Assembly (NCBI GenBank): GCA_016190695.1
Contig: JACPQC010000005.1
Location: 1,873-65,872, forward strand
From: Chloroflexota bacterium
Lineage (GTDB): Bacteria; Chloroflexota; Dehalococcoidia; Dehalococcoidales; RBG-16-60-22
Direction: 5' to 3'
Length of the DNA: 64,000 nucleotides
Shown here: positions 1 to 12,066 of the stretch, piece by piece
How positions within the stretch are numbered: position 1 is the stretch's first letter
Layout: every line of letters begins with the position of its first letter
Notes under the pieces: generated by a model
Database searches by the model: none
The model's input: the letters and a program-made list of their open reading frames with translations, nothing else
Told to the model about the DNA's origin: nothing
Made by a program: the position numbers and the translations under genes

Positions 1-2
1 GC

Positions 3-1550
3 CTGACCGGCCAGCCTTACCCGCTTTCGTTCTCGGCGCTGGCGCAACTCCGGGCGCAGAACCTGCTCCCATTCTCTACCCCCATCAAGCCGCTGTTCGT
101 TCCCGATAACTTCCCGGTGAACGCCAACGGCGCTTTCAAGGTGCCCGGCCTGCGTAATGTGGCATTAACCGCCCCCTATTTCCACAACGGCAGCGTGACG
201 GACCTGGATGACGTTATGGACATGTACATGCGGGGTGGTAACTTCCCCGTGGAAAACGCCCACGACCAGGACCCGGACGTGGCAGATGGACTACCAACCG
301 TGGTAAGGAACGAGACCATGGAGCACGCGGTCATCGCCTTCCTGGAGTCGCTCACCGACCTGCGTGTCGCCGCCAAATCAGCGCCTTTCGATCACCCTGA
401 GCTGTTTGTGCCCGAAGGCAGCCCGGACATCCTCACCAGAATCCCGGCCACCAACTCCTTTGGCCAGGCGCTGCCGCCGCCGAACCTCACTTTCAATCCG
501 GTGGCTTCCCCCACTAACACCGCCAACCAGACAATCACGGGCACTGTGGGCGATGACCTGACCCCGGCGGTCACGGTCAACACCACCGCCACTGTCGGAC
601 CTGTCACGGTAACAGGAGGCAACTGGAGCGCCAATGTCACCGGCCTTATCGAAGGGGCCAACGTTGTTACCGTCAGCATCATTGAAGGGGACGTGCAGAC
701 TTCACTTAAGGCCACCCTGACCCTGGATACCGTCCCGCCGGCCCTCACCATCAACCCGGTCACCACCCCGACCGCGCTCGCCAGCCAGGCCCTTTCCGGC
801 ACAAAGGAGGACTGGGCGAGCGTCCGCGTCTCGGTGAACGGGGGCGCGCCGGTAGCGGCCAGCACCACTATGAGCGCCTGGAGCTTCTCCGCCGCCCTGA
901 ACCAGGGGGGAAATACTGTCTCGGTCACCGCCACCGACGCGGCGGGGAACACGACCACGTTGCCCCCGGTGACCATTGTCGTTGACCCCCAGGCCGCTGT
1001 ACTGAGCTTTAACGTGAATCTGGCCGCCGGCTGGAACTCGCTGTCTACCCCGGTAAGACTGCAGACCGGCGCTCAGACCCTCGGCCAGGTCTTTGACGAG
1101 CAGTCCCAGCTTAACATGGAAATCCTGTACCGGTGGGACGTTGACCGGTGGAGGCAGCTCGGCGCTTCCGATACACTGGCGCCTCTTGAAGCCATCTTTG
1201 TGAAAGTTAACAACGGCTCGACGGCAACGGCGACCTTCCTGCCCAGCGCGGATCTGACCCCGCCCCCCAGCCGGAACCTGCAGGCAGGGCTGAACCTCGT
1301 GGGCATAGCGCCCTCCCTGGTCAATGACGCCTTCCCCACCCAGCCGCTCGGCACTGCCCTGACCAGCGTAGCCCAGGCGCCCGGCGGAGTGAACGGGTAT
1401 ACCATGGTGCTCAGCCCCGGCTACAATCAGCCCGGCTGGACATACGCCCTCGGCGGCCAGGCGCAGAACCTGCTGCCGTTCCGGGGGTACTGGGTGATCA
1501 TGGACAATGCGGATACGCTTTATGGCTTCAGCACTACGCCGCTGCGGTGA
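3..1550 (+). CDS. 5'-truncated cytochrome c peroxidase/MauG-family protein with C-terminal Ig-like (Thr-rich) repeats and a GWN-type surface domain
   Basis: Frame is open from the window edge. Motif GAFKVPGLRNVALTAPYFHNG...AFLESLTD matches the CcP/MauG C-terminus. Two T/V-rich beta repeats (LDTVPPALTINPVT, TATDAAGNT) follow, then LAAGWNSLS/LQAGLNLVG repeats. Confidence 0.75.
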   Translation: MTGQPYPLSFSALAQLRAQNLLPFSTPIKPLFVPDNFPVNANGAFKVPGLRNVALTAPYFHNGSVTDLDDVMDMYMRGGNFPVENAHDQDPDVADGLPTVVRNETMEHAVIAFLESLTDLRVAAKSAPFDHPELFVPEGSPDILTRIPATNSFGQALPPPNLTFNPVASPTNTANQTITGTVGDDLTPAVTVNTTATVGPVTVTGGNWSANVTGLIEGANVVTVSIIEGDVQTSLKATLTLDTVPPALTINPVTTPTALASQALSGTKEDWASVRVSVNGGAPVAASTTMSAWSFSAALNQGGNTVSVTATDAAGNTTTLPPVTIVVDPQAAVLSFNVNLAAGWNSLSTPVRLQTGAQTLGQVFDEQSQLNMEILYRWDVDRWRQLGASDTLAPLEAIFVKVNNGSTATATFLPSADLTPPPSRNLQAGLNLVGIAPSLVNDAFPTQPLGTALTSVAQAPGGVNGYTMVLSPGYNQPGWTYALGGQAQNLLPFRGYWVIMDNADTLYGFSTTPLR

Positions 1551-1565
1551 CTCTGGATATCAAAG

Positions 1566-1656
1566 AGGGTTGTCCGAGGATAGAACTGTCATCCTGAGCG
1601 AAGGATCTCGGTGGGGGGAGGTCCCTACTATATCTCCCCCCTGCTTCGGACAGTCT
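1566..1656. repeat. Degenerate REP-like palindrome inside short terminal inverted repeats
   Basis: TGTCATCCTGAGCGAAGGATCT at 1587; GGGGGGAG/CTCCCCCC hairpin; outer TGTCCGA (1571)...TCGGACA (1652). Confidence 0.55.
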
Positions 1657-1672
1657 ACAAAGGTGAACTGAG

Positions 1673-2851
1673 ATGAACAGAACAATAGCCGGCGTGGCAA
1701 GCGCGGTCTTGCTCCTCGTCCTGGCGGCGGTGCCCGCCCTGGCCCAGCCAGCGTTCCCCCACGCCTTTTATGGCAACCTGGAGATAAATGGCGCGCCCGC
1801 CCCGGTGGATACCGAGGTAGAAGCCAGGGGCGCCGGCGTTGCCACCGGCATCTCCGGTAATCCCATAAAGACCACGAAGGCCGGGTCTTACGGCGGCCAG
1901 GGCGCTCTGGACTCAAAACTGATAGTGCAGGGAGATATCGCCGAGGGCGCGGTCATCGAGTTCTATATCAAGGGCAAAAAGGCTAACCAGACTGCGGTCT
2001 GGCGCTCCGGCCAGGTGGAACAGTTAGACCTGAGCCTCATCGAGGATGTCTCCCCCGGTGGTGGTGGCGGCGCTCCGGCCGGGGGAGGTGGGGGCGGTGC
2101 CGCATCCCAGACCGTTTTCGGCGGCACTTCCGGCGAGGTCCAGTTGCCCACCGGCGGCTCGGGCGCAGTGCCGTCGGCCATCGAGATAAAGAGCGAGGAC
2201 AGCAGCATCATCCTCACCGCCCAGGGCGGCACCAGGATGTTCAAGGCCGATGGCAGCGTGCTGACCTCTATAACCATAAAGGATGTGGCTGCGCCGCCCT
2301 CCCCGCCCCCGCAGAGCGCAATACTCGTGACGAAGGACTTCGGCCCTGACGGCGCCCGGTTCGACCCGCCGTTGACTCTGACGCTGCGGTTTGACCCCGC
2401 GACAGTGCCGGCAGGAACACCGGTGAGCAAGCTGTACATCGCCTGGTGGGACAGCGCCGCGGGCAAGTGGACCAAGCTGGACAGCACGGTGAACGCGGCC
2501 ACTAATACCATATCGGCCCAGGTCAGCCACTTCACTGTATTTGCCATCATCGCCGGGGCGGAAGCAGCGCCGCCGGAAGCGACTCCACCCCCCCCGCCGC
2601 CTCCACCCGCACCAACCCCTGAGCCATCGCCCGCACCCGAGCTTGTACCTGCGCCTACACCCGCGCCGGCGCCTGGACCGGCTCCCCAGCCGCCACCCGC
2701 GCCTCAGCCCCCACCCGCGCCGCCCCTTCCCCCCGCCCCCCAGCCCCAGGAGCTACCGGAGGCAACAAGCTGGTGGCTCATCGGCGGGGTGATCGCAGTG
2801 GCAGTCCTGGCGGCGCTGGTCTTCCTGGCCTGGAGAAGGAGGGCGGGCTAA
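1673..2851 (+). CDS. Secreted, C-terminally membrane-anchored surface protein with Gly- and Pro-rich linkers
   Basis: Signal peptide (AVPALA|QP), two beta-rich domains, a long Pro-rich stalk, then a TM helix and RRR tail. Confidence 0.8.
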   Translation: MNRTIAGVASAVLLLVLAAVPALAQPAFPHAFYGNLEINGAPAPVDTEVEARGAGVATGISGNPIKTTKAGSYGGQGALDSKLIVQGDIAEGAVIEFYIKGKKANQTAVWRSGQVEQLDLSLIEDVSPGGGGGAPAGGGGGGAASQTVFGGTSGEVQLPTGGSGAVPSAIEIKSEDSSIILTAQGGTRMFKADGSVLTSITIKDVAAPPSPPPQSAILVTKDFGPDGARFDPPLTLTLRFDPATVPAGTPVSKLYIAWWDSAAGKWTKLDSTVNAATNTISAQVSHFTVFAIIAGAEAAPPEATPPPPPPPPAPTPEPSPAPELVPAPTPAPAPGPAPQPPPAPQPPPAPPLPPAPQPQELPEATSWWLIGGVIAVAVLAALVFLAWRRRAG

Positions 2852-2896
2852 CGGGGATGGCTTAAACAGCATGACAGCCCGTTATCTTCTATGTTT

Positions 2897-2962
2897 TGTC
2901 ATACCGGCGGGAGTCTGTATCCAGAAAGAGAGGTCTGGCTGCCGGCCTTCACCGGCATGATA
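2897..2962. repeat. TGTC/CGTC-type REP palindrome between convergent genes
   Basis: TGTCATACCGG...ATCCAG...CTGG...CCGGCATGATA inverted structure. Confidence 0.6.
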
Positions 2963-2967
2963 GAGGG

Positions 2968-4815
<1,848 letters not shown>

Positions 4816-5171
4816 AATTTACCCCCCGGACTTGCAGGTGGGCTGTAACGCGAACCTGAGGGGGGGCTTAAGCACCTTGATATAGAATACTATTACAAGT
4901 ATACGCTAACGGGGGCGTTTACGCAATTGTGGGTGAGTGTTATAATCAAGCTGCTATAGGGGGAAAGATGCGGCGGTACGCAAGATGAAGAGTTTCGTAT
5001 AGTCACTGAGTACAACCCCGAAAGTAAGGCCGGAATGACCCCTGCCCATGTGGCAGTGGTTTGCCCGCGCTTGGGTATAATCACTCCGGTTGCCCCCTTA
5101 CACAACGCCACGTCTGGATAACGTTTTTGTGATTGACCGCAATACTAATTGTAGAGAAAAGGGTATGAAAT

Positions 5172-6815
5172 ATGCATATCAAAAAGATCATTATCGAGAA
5201 TCTCAAGTGCTTCGAGGATAAGTTCACCCTCGAACTAAACCCCGGCCTTAACATACTGGTTGGTGATAATGAGGCAGGTAAGTCAACTATTTTAGAGGCA
5301 ATTCATCTGGCATTGAGTGGTTGGATCAATGGCAGATATTTAGGAGCAGAGTTAACACAAGCACTTTTCAACAGTAAGACGATCAAGCAATACCTGCAAA
5401 GCTTGGAGACAGGTAAGCCTCTACCCCCGCCAAGTATAGGGATTGAGTTATATTTTGCCATCGGAGACAGTGCGGTCAGCGCCTGTTTCGAAGGAAACGG
5501 GAATAGCCTAAAAGAAAACGAATGTGGTATTAGATTCGAGATCGGGTTTAACTCAAAATATCAACGTGAATACAGCCTCTTGATAACAAATGGTGGGAAG
5601 CTAGGCTCTCTGCCTATCGAATATTATGATTTCTCATGGTCATCGTTTGCGCGCGATGACAGATTAACTCCAAAAACCATACCTATCAAGTCTGCCCTTA
5701 TTGATTCTTCAGTAACCCGTTATCAAAATGGCTCAGACGTGTATATTTCGCGTATCCTCCACGACTTACTCACCGACGAACAAATAGTGAGGATATCTCA
5801 AGCACATCGACAACTCAAAGACTCATTTGCCGAAGATCGTTCTATAAAGGCAATAAATGAAGAACTGAAGCAAAAACAAATATCCGACAAAAAAGTGGAG
5901 CTCTCTATCGATGTCTCGACTAAGACTGCTTGGGAGACAAGTTTAACAACTTACTTGGACGGTATTCCGTTCAGTTATGCAGGCAGGGGTGAACAGTGTT
6001 TGGTGAAAACCAAGCTAGCCCTTAGTCACAAAAAATCTGCCGAAGCAAATATCCTTTTGTTAGAAGAACCGGAAAACCACCTTTCACATTCGAAACTTAA
6101 CAAGCTTATTAAGTACATTAAAGACGAGCATAGCAACAAACAAATCATCGTATCCACTCACAGTAGCTTTGTGGCGAACAAACTTGGTCTCGGCAGCTTA
6201 ATTCTACTCAATTTTGATAGGTCCTCCTTTAAGAGAAGTGAAGTTAGAATTACAGACTTAGATGAGAGCACAAAAAAGTATTTTGAAAAACTTGCAGGGT
6301 ATGACACTTTAAGGCTAATTCTCTGCCGTAAAGCAATTCTTGTTGAAGGCCCTTCGGATGAACTGATAGTTCAAAAGGCATATCTCATGAGGAAGCATAA
6401 ATTGCCAATCGAAGATGAAGTGGATGTAATTTCTGTTGGGACTTCCTTCGAGAGATTCTTGGAAATTGCCGCAAAGATCAAGAAACCTGTGGTTGTTGTA
6501 ACTGATAACGACGGTGATTATGAATCAAAGATAGGAATAAAGTACAAGAATTATCAAACCATACCGACCATTAGAATATGCGCAGATAAAAGGAATGATC
6601 TCCGTACTCTGGAACCGCAGATCGTTGATGCAAATAAAGACCAAATAGACACCTTAAAGAAGGTCTTGGGAACCTCTGTAAAAACAGACGAATTGAGTGA
6701 TTTCATGCAGAACAACAAAACTGAATGTGCGCTAAAGATATTTGACTCACCTGCTGACATTAAAATCCCTCAATATATCCTGGACGCTATTGAGTGGGAG
6801 CATGGCAAAAAATAG
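5172..6815 (+). CDS. gajA: Gabija GajA-like OLD-family ATPase-TOPRIM nuclease
   Basis: Walker A GDNEAGKST, Walker B LLLEEPENH, H-loop STHS, TOPRIM ILVEGPSDE and DND. AT-rich; overlaps a UvrD-type gene. Confidence 0.85.
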   Translation: MHIKKIIIENLKCFEDKFTLELNPGLNILVGDNEAGKSTILEAIHLALSGWINGRYLGAELTQALFNSKTIKQYLQSLETGKPLPPPSIGIELYFAIGDSAVSACFEGNGNSLKENECGIRFEIGFNSKYQREYSLLITNGGKLGSLPIEYYDFSWSSFARDDRLTPKTIPIKSALIDSSVTRYQNGSDVYISRILHDLLTDEQIVRISQAHRQLKDSFAEDRSIKAINEELKQKQISDKKVELSIDVSTKTAWETSLTTYLDGIPFSYAGRGEQCLVKTKLALSHKKSAEANILLLEEPENHLSHSKLNKLIKYIKDEHSNKQIIVSTHSSFVANKLGLGSLILLNFDRSSFKRSEVRITDLDESTKKYFEKLAGYDTLRLILCRKAILVEGPSDELIVQKAYLMRKHKLPIEDEVDVISVGTSFERFLEIAAKIKKPVVVVTDNDGDYESKIGIKYKNYQTIPTIRICADKRNDLRTLEPQIVDANKDQIDTLKKVLGTSVKTDELSDFMQNNKTECALKIFDSPADIKIPQYILDAIEWEHGKK

Positions 6816-7896
6816 GCTTATAATTGCTGCCGCGGGGTCTGGCAAAACTACTTATATAGTGAAAGAGGCATTAGGAATAAAAGACGATAATGTCTTGGTG
6901 ACCACTTTTACCGACGCAAACGAAGAGGAGATCAAGAAGAAATTCATCTCCGAGAATGGTGGAATCCCCGGCAACGTGGCTATTCAGACATGGTTTTCCT
7001 TCCTGATCCAACACGGGGTTAAACCCTATCAAGGCGGCATTTACGAAGATTGTGTTAATGGTCTATGTTTTGTTAGCGGGCAATCAGCACCTTTTGTAAG
7101 GGAAACCAACACCCCGAAATTTTACTTTGATGGGAACAACCGAATATATTCCGACAAGATTTCATGCTTTACCGTGAAATGTAACTTGATCAGCAAAGGC
7201 CAAGTGATAAACCGAATAACTAGAATGTACCCCCATATATTTATCGACGAGGTACAGGATTTATCCGGTTACGATCTAGAGGTATTAAAGCTTCTTTTCG
7301 ATTCATCATGTCAGGTTCTGCTAGTTGGTGATCCACGGCAAGGAACATATTCCACGAGTAATTCGGCCAAGAATCGAAAATATTCAAGATCCAACATTGT
7401 CCATTTCTTTGAATCCACTGAAATCCAAAAGAAACTTGAAGTGGACGATGATTCTCTAATCACCAATTATAGAAGTAATCAAAAGATATGCGACTTCGCC
7501 AACAGTATATTTCCAGACAATAATCCTACTCGGTGTGGGCAGCATGACATTACGGGTCACGATGGAATTTTCCTTGTTCGTGAGCAGGACATAGACAGAT
7601 ATCTTTCAGACCATCCCTGTACACAGTTGCGAGATAAAGTAACGCAGAAGCGTGTGAGAACGGGCCACGAAGTCTACAACTTTGGAAATTCCAAAGGGTT
7701 AAGCTTCGATCGGGTTCTGATATATCCTACAAACCCCATTTCAGATTGGATTAAAGACCACAGTTCTGGGTTACAGCCAATGAGCCAATCGAAATTTTAC
7801 GTGGCCGTCACTCGCGCTAGGTATAGCGTGGCGATAGTGTATAATTACACGGCCGGTGAGTCAATCCAGGGTACGGAGAATTATTATACTTCCTGA
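6802..7896 (+). CDS. gajB: Gabija GajB-like UvrD helicase
   Basis: AAAGSGKTT, FIDEVQD, VGDPRQ, NYRS, SKGLSFD, FYVAVTRAR. ATG at 6802 overlaps the end of gajA. Confidence 0.85.
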   Translation: MAKNRLIIAAAGSGKTTYIVKEALGIKDDNVLVTTFTDANEEEIKKKFISENGGIPGNVAIQTWFSFLIQHGVKPYQGGIYEDCVNGLCFVSGQSAPFVRETNTPKFYFDGNNRIYSDKISCFTVKCNLISKGQVINRITRMYPHIFIDEVQDLSGYDLEVLKLLFDSSCQVLLVGDPRQGTYSTSNSAKNRKYSRSNIVHFFESTEIQKKLEVDDDSLITNYRSNQKICDFANSIFPDNNPTRCGQHDITGHDGIFLVREQDIDRYLSDHPCTQLRDKVTQKRVRTGHEVYNFGNSKGLSFDRVLIYPTNPISDWIKDHSSGLQPMSQSKFYVAVTRARYSVAIVYNYTAGESIQGTENYYTS

Positions 7897-8001
7897 CATT
7901 GCATGACATTGGTTACATACTCGCGGAATGGCAGACATCCCCATGTCGTCCAGTGGTAGAGCAAACGTGACATGCACTAAAGTATTGGTCAGTGTTTCGC
8001 C

Positions 8002-9660
8002 CTACATCCTGTCGGGGGCGGTCATGCCCATGAGGTTGAGCGTCCGGCTCAGCACGGTCCTGGCGGCCTTCACCAGCTTGAGCCTGGCCCTGGTCAATGC
8101 CTCGTCATCAGAGACAACGCGGCAGTCCCGGTAGAAGGCATGGAACACGGTGGCCAGGTCCTGGGCGTAGTAGGTGAGGAGGTGCGGCTCCAGGGTGCGG
8201 GCAATGGTCTCTATGATTTCAGGCAGGAGCAGCATCTGCCTTATCAGTGAAAGCTCAGGCTCGCTGGTGAGCAGGGAGACATCGCCATCCTCAAAGTTAA
8301 TTCCCCTCTCCCCGGCCAGCCGCAGTATGCTGGCGATGCGGGCATGAGCGTACTGGACATAGTAGACCGGGTTGTCCGCCGACTGTTTCTTGGCCAGCTC
8401 CATGTCGAAGTCCATCTGGCTGTCGGCGGTGCGTGACAGGAAGAAAAAGCGGCAGGCATCGGCCCCCACCTCGTCGACAAGCTCGCGCAGGGTTATGATG
8501 TCGCCGGTGCGCTTGGATATCCGGACGACCTCCCCGCCCCGGCGTAGCGTGACCATCTGGGCGATGATGATGGTAAGGCGCTCCGGGTCTATGCCCAAGG
8601 CGCTGACCACGGCCTTCATCCGGGAGACGTGGCCCATGTGGTCGGCCCCCCAGATGTTGATGACCTGGTCGAAGCCGCGCTTTACGAACTTGTTATAGTG
8701 ATAGGCGATATCCGAGGCGAAATAGGTGGGCGAGCCGTCGCTGCGCACCATCACGTTATCCTTGTCCTCGCCCAGGGCGGTAGAGGTGAACCAGGTAGCC
8801 CCTTCCCTTTCCGCCACATAGCCGCCCTGCTTCAGCAGGGACATGGCCTCAGCGTACTCGCCCTCCTGGAAAAGCCCCTGCTCGCTGAACCACGAATCAA
8901 AGGTCACGCCAACTTTTCCCAGGTCGTCCTTGATTTCGGCGATCATCTTTTCCAGGCCGATGCGGCCAAGCTCTGATAACAGTTCCGGCTCGGTCAGTCC
9001 CTCAAGCCTGTCACGGGACCCGGCCAGTATCTCTTTTGCCAGGTCTATCATGTATGCGCCGAAATAGCCCCCGGCGGGGACCTCAGCCTCGATGCCCCGG
9101 CACTGCTGGTAGCGGGCATAGAGCGACCGGCGAAAGGCCTCAATCTGGGCGCCGGCATCGTTGATATAGTACTCCTTTTCGGTCCGGTAGCCGGCCGAGG
9201 ACAGGACATTGGCCAGGGTGCTGCCCAGTATGCCGCCCCGCCCATGCCCGACGTGAAGTGGGCCGGTGGGGTTGACGCTGACAAACTCGATCTGGACGCG
9301 GCTGCCCTGGCCGATATCGGCGTTGCCGTAGGACTGGCCGGACTCCAGGACCAGGTCCACCTGGCTGGCCAGCCAGCGGTCGTTGAGGGTGAAATTGATG
9401 AATCCCGGCGGGGCCACTTCGACACGCTCTATCTCCGGAGTGGCGCTTATCAGGCCGGCAATGTCGCCGGCAATGGTCATGGGGCTTACGCCGATGGCCC
9501 GGGCCAGTTTCAGAGGCAGGCTCGATGCATAATCGCCGTGCCTCTGGTTCTGGGGATGCTCGATAACAATGTCAGGCAATGCCACCGGCGGCAGCTTGCC
9601 CTGCTCCTGGGCACGGGCTATCGCCCCGACGAGCAACCCGGCAATCCTGGACTTGATCAT
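8002..9660 (-). CDS. argS: Arginine--tRNA ligase
   Basis: [18 protein letters not shown] (HIGH), [26 protein letters not shown]-terminus. Start at 9660 preferred over 9693. Confidence 0.97.
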   Translation of the reverse strand: MIKSRIAGLLVGAIARAQEQGKLPPVALPDIVIEHPQNQRHGDYASSLPLKLARAIGVSPMTIAGDIAGLISATPEIERVEVAPPGFINFTLNDRWLASQVDLVLESGQSYGNADIGQGSRVQIEFVSVNPTGPLHVGHGRGGILGSTLANVLSSAGYRTEKEYYINDAGAQIEAFRRSLYARYQQCRGIEAEVPAGGYFGAYMIDLAKEILAGSRDRLEGLTEPELLSELGRIGLEKMIAEIKDDLGKVGVTFDSWFSEQGLFQEGEYAEAMSLLKQGGYVAEREGATWFTSTALGEDKDNVMVRSDGSPTYFASDIAYHYNKFVKRGFDQVINIWGADHMGHVSRMKAVVSALGIDPERLTIIIAQMVTLRRGGEVVRISKRTGDIITLRELVDEVGADACRFFFLSRTADSQMDFDMELAKKQSADNPVYYVQYAHARIASILRLAGERGINFEDGDVSLLTSEPELSLIRQMLLLPEIIETIARTLEPHLLTYYAQDLATVFHAFYRDCRVVSDDEALTRARLKLVKAARTVLSRTLNLMGMTAPDRM

Positions 9661-9811
9661 GCTGTCACTGCCCTGGCCGTTGTGCATTCCCACCTCTGTT
9701 CAAACGATGTAAAATTATAACACATGCGGGCATGGCCAATCGAGGCTTGCATAGCGATCTTAGGAAAAGTAACGCCGTCTTTGAGGCAGCAAATTGCGCT
9801 GATAGAGGAGG

Positions 9812-11092
9812 TCAGCCTACCAGCGAGTCGAGTACCCGGCAAATCGTCTCTGCGGTGAGCCGGATATCCTCGTCGCTATGGGCCAGGGAGATGAAAGCCG
9901 CCTCGAACTGGGAGGGCGGCCAATAAATCCCCGCCGAGAGCAGCCCCTGGAAGAACCGGGCGAACAGCGCTGTATCAGACCGGCAGGCCGAATCGAAATC
10001 GATGACGGGACCGCCGGCGAAGAACAGGGTGAGCAGCGAGCCAATACGAGACACCTGCACCGGGACGTTTTGCGGCGCGACAATGCCCTGCTCCAGCTTT
10101 GCCGCCCTGGCCTCGAGCCGGTCATAAACGCCGGGCTGGCCCAGCAGTTCCAGCGCCGCAATACCTGCGGTCATGGCCAGTGGATTGCCGGACAGCGTAC
10201 CGGCCTGGTACACCGGCCCGGAAGGGGCCACCATCTCCATTATCTCGCGGCGCCCGCCGTAGGCACCCACCGGCAGCCCTCCCCCGATGATCTTGCCCAG
10301 GCAGGTGAGGTCAGGCACGATGCCGAAGACAGACTGGGCGCCACCATAGGCCAGGCGGAATCCGGTGATGACCTCGTCGAAGATGAGCAGAGCGCCATAC
10401 TGTTGCGTCAAGCGGCGCAGCCCCTCCAGGAAACCGGGCTGCGGCGGAACCAGGCCCATGTTGGCCGCCACCGGCTCCACTATCACCGCAGCAATTTCAT
10501 CGGGATAGCGGCGAAAAAGCTCTTCGACCGCCCCCGGATTATTGTAGGGCGCTATCAGGGTGTTCTGAGTATAGCCCACCGGCACTCCCGGCGAATCTGG
10601 TATGCCAAGCGTGGCCAGCCCCGAGCCGCCTTTGCTCAGAAGTCCGTCGGAATGGCCGTGATAGCCGCCGGCGAACTTCACTATCCTGTCCCGGCGGGTG
10701 AAGCCCCGGGCCAGCCGTAGCGCCGACATGGTGGCCTCGGTGCCGGAGTTGACGAAGCGCACCATCTCGATGGAGGGCACGGCGGCGCAGACCATTTTGG
10801 CCAGCCTCACCTCCAACTCTGTGGAAGCGCCGAAGCTGGTGCCACGCTCTGCCGCCGACTTCACCGCCGCCACTATCCGGGGATGGGCATGCCCCAGGAT
10901 GAGCGGTCCCCAGGAGCACACGTAATCTATGTATTCGTTGCCGTCGACATCATATATCCGGGAGCCGGAGCCGCGCTCTATGAAAACGGGAGCGCCCCCC
11001 ACCGCCTTGAACGCCCGCACCGGGCTGTCCACCCCGCCGGGCAGGTAGCGCCGGGCCTCTTCGAAAAGCCTTTGAGAACGCCCCGTCTTCAT
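9812..11092 (-). CDS. hemL: Glutamate-1-semialdehyde 2,1-aminomutase
   Basis: [47 protein letters not shown] overlap with hemB. Confidence 0.97.
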   Translation of the reverse strand: MKTGRSQRLFEEARRYLPGGVDSPVRAFKAVGGAPVFIERGSGSRIYDVDGNEYIDYVCSWGPLILGHAHPRIVAAVKSAAERGTSFGASTELEVRLAKMVCAAVPSIEMVRFVNSGTEATMSALRLARGFTRRDRIVKFAGGYHGHSDGLLSKGGSGLATLGIPDSPGVPVGYTQNTLIAPYNNPGAVEELFRRYPDEIAAVIVEPVAANMGLVPPQPGFLEGLRRLTQQYGALLIFDEVITGFRLAYGGAQSVFGIVPDLTCLGKIIGGGLPVGAYGGRREIMEMVAPSGPVYQAGTLSGNPLAMTAGIAALELLGQPGVYDRLEARAAKLEQGIVAPQNVPVQVSRIGSLLTLFFAGGPVIDFDSACRSDTALFARFFQGLLSAGIYWPPSQFEAAFISLAHSDEDIRLTAETICRVLDSLVG

Positions 11093-12066
11093 TGCTTCAA
11101 CCACCGCGCCACGTCTTTGGCATGATAGCTGAGGATGAAATCGGCCCCGGCCCGCCTGATGGCGATGAGCGTCTCCAGCACAGTCGCCCTCTCGTCCAGG
11201 CAGCCCTGCTGCGCCGCCGCTTTTATCATGGCATATTCGCCGCTGACGTTATAGGCGGCTAAAGGGCAGTTGAACTCATCGCGCACCCGCCGGATGACGT
11301 CCAGGTAGGCCAGCGCCGGTTTGACCATGACCATGTCAGCCCCTTCGGCCAGGTCAAGGGCAACCTCGCGCAATGCTTCCCGTCCGTTGGGCGGGTCCAT
11401 CTGGTAAGAACGCCGGTCGCCGAACTGGGGCGTTGAATCCGCCGCCTCGCGGAACGGCCCGTAAAAGGCCGAGGCGAACTTGGCGGCATAGGACAATATA
11501 GGGATGTGCTGGAAGCCGGCCCCGTCCAGGGCCTCCCTGATGGCCCGCACCCTGCCGTCCATCATGTCAGAAGGCGCCACCACATCAGCGCCAGCCTCGG
11601 CGTGGGATACCGCCATCCTGCCCAGCAGCGGCAGCGTCCGGTCGTTATCAACAGACTGCCCATGTACAATGCCGCAGTGCCCGTGACTGGTGTACTCGCA
11701 CAGGCAGACGTCGGTGAAGACAAGCAAATCAGGCGCGGCCGATTTTATTGCCCGCACCGCCTGCTGGACGACGCCCTGCGGATCAAATGCGGACGACCCG
11801 GACTCGTCTTTGTGCTGCGGTATGCCGAAGAGGATAACGCCGGGGATGCCCAGCCGGGCGATCTCCTCGGCCTCCCCGGATAGCTTGTCCGGGGAAAAGC
11901 GGGATATGCCCGGCATTGAGGCTATTTCCTGTTTTATGTCAACCCCTTCTTCCACGAACAGCGGGTAGATGAGGTCTCCGGCGTCCAGTGTGGTCTCCCT
12001 GACCAGCGCCCGCAGCGGGGCAGTCCGGCGGAGGCGGCGGAGGCGGAGATGGGGAAAATCAGCCAT
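11089..12066 (-). CDS. hemB: Porphobilinogen synthase (Zn-type)
   Basis: [46 protein letters not shown]. Confidence 0.97.
   Translation of the reverse strand: MADFPHLRLRRLRRTAPLRALVRETTLDAGDLIYPLFVEEGVDIKQEIASMPGISRFSPDKLSGEAEEIARLGIPGVILFGIPQHKDESGSSAFDPQGVVQQAVRAIKSAAPDLLVFTDVCLCEYTSHGHCGIVHGQSVDNDRTLPLLGRMAVSHAEAGADVVAPSDMMDGRVRAIREALDGAGFQHIPILSYAAKFASAFYGPFREAADSTPQFGDRRSYQMDPPNGREALREVALDLAEGADMVMVKPALAYLDVIRRVRDEFNCPLAAYNVSGEYAMIKAAAQQGCLDERATVLETLIAIRRAGADFILSYHAKDVARWLKQ

Noticed and set aside
2580-2750. C-rich repetitive DNA
   Set aside because: Explained by the Pro-rich linker of the surface protein.
7944-7972. tRNA D-arm-like GTCGTCCAGTGGTAGAGCA at the right edge of the Gabija island (possible att remnant)
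   Set aside because: No acceptor, anticodon or T arm, and no matching copy at the left edge.
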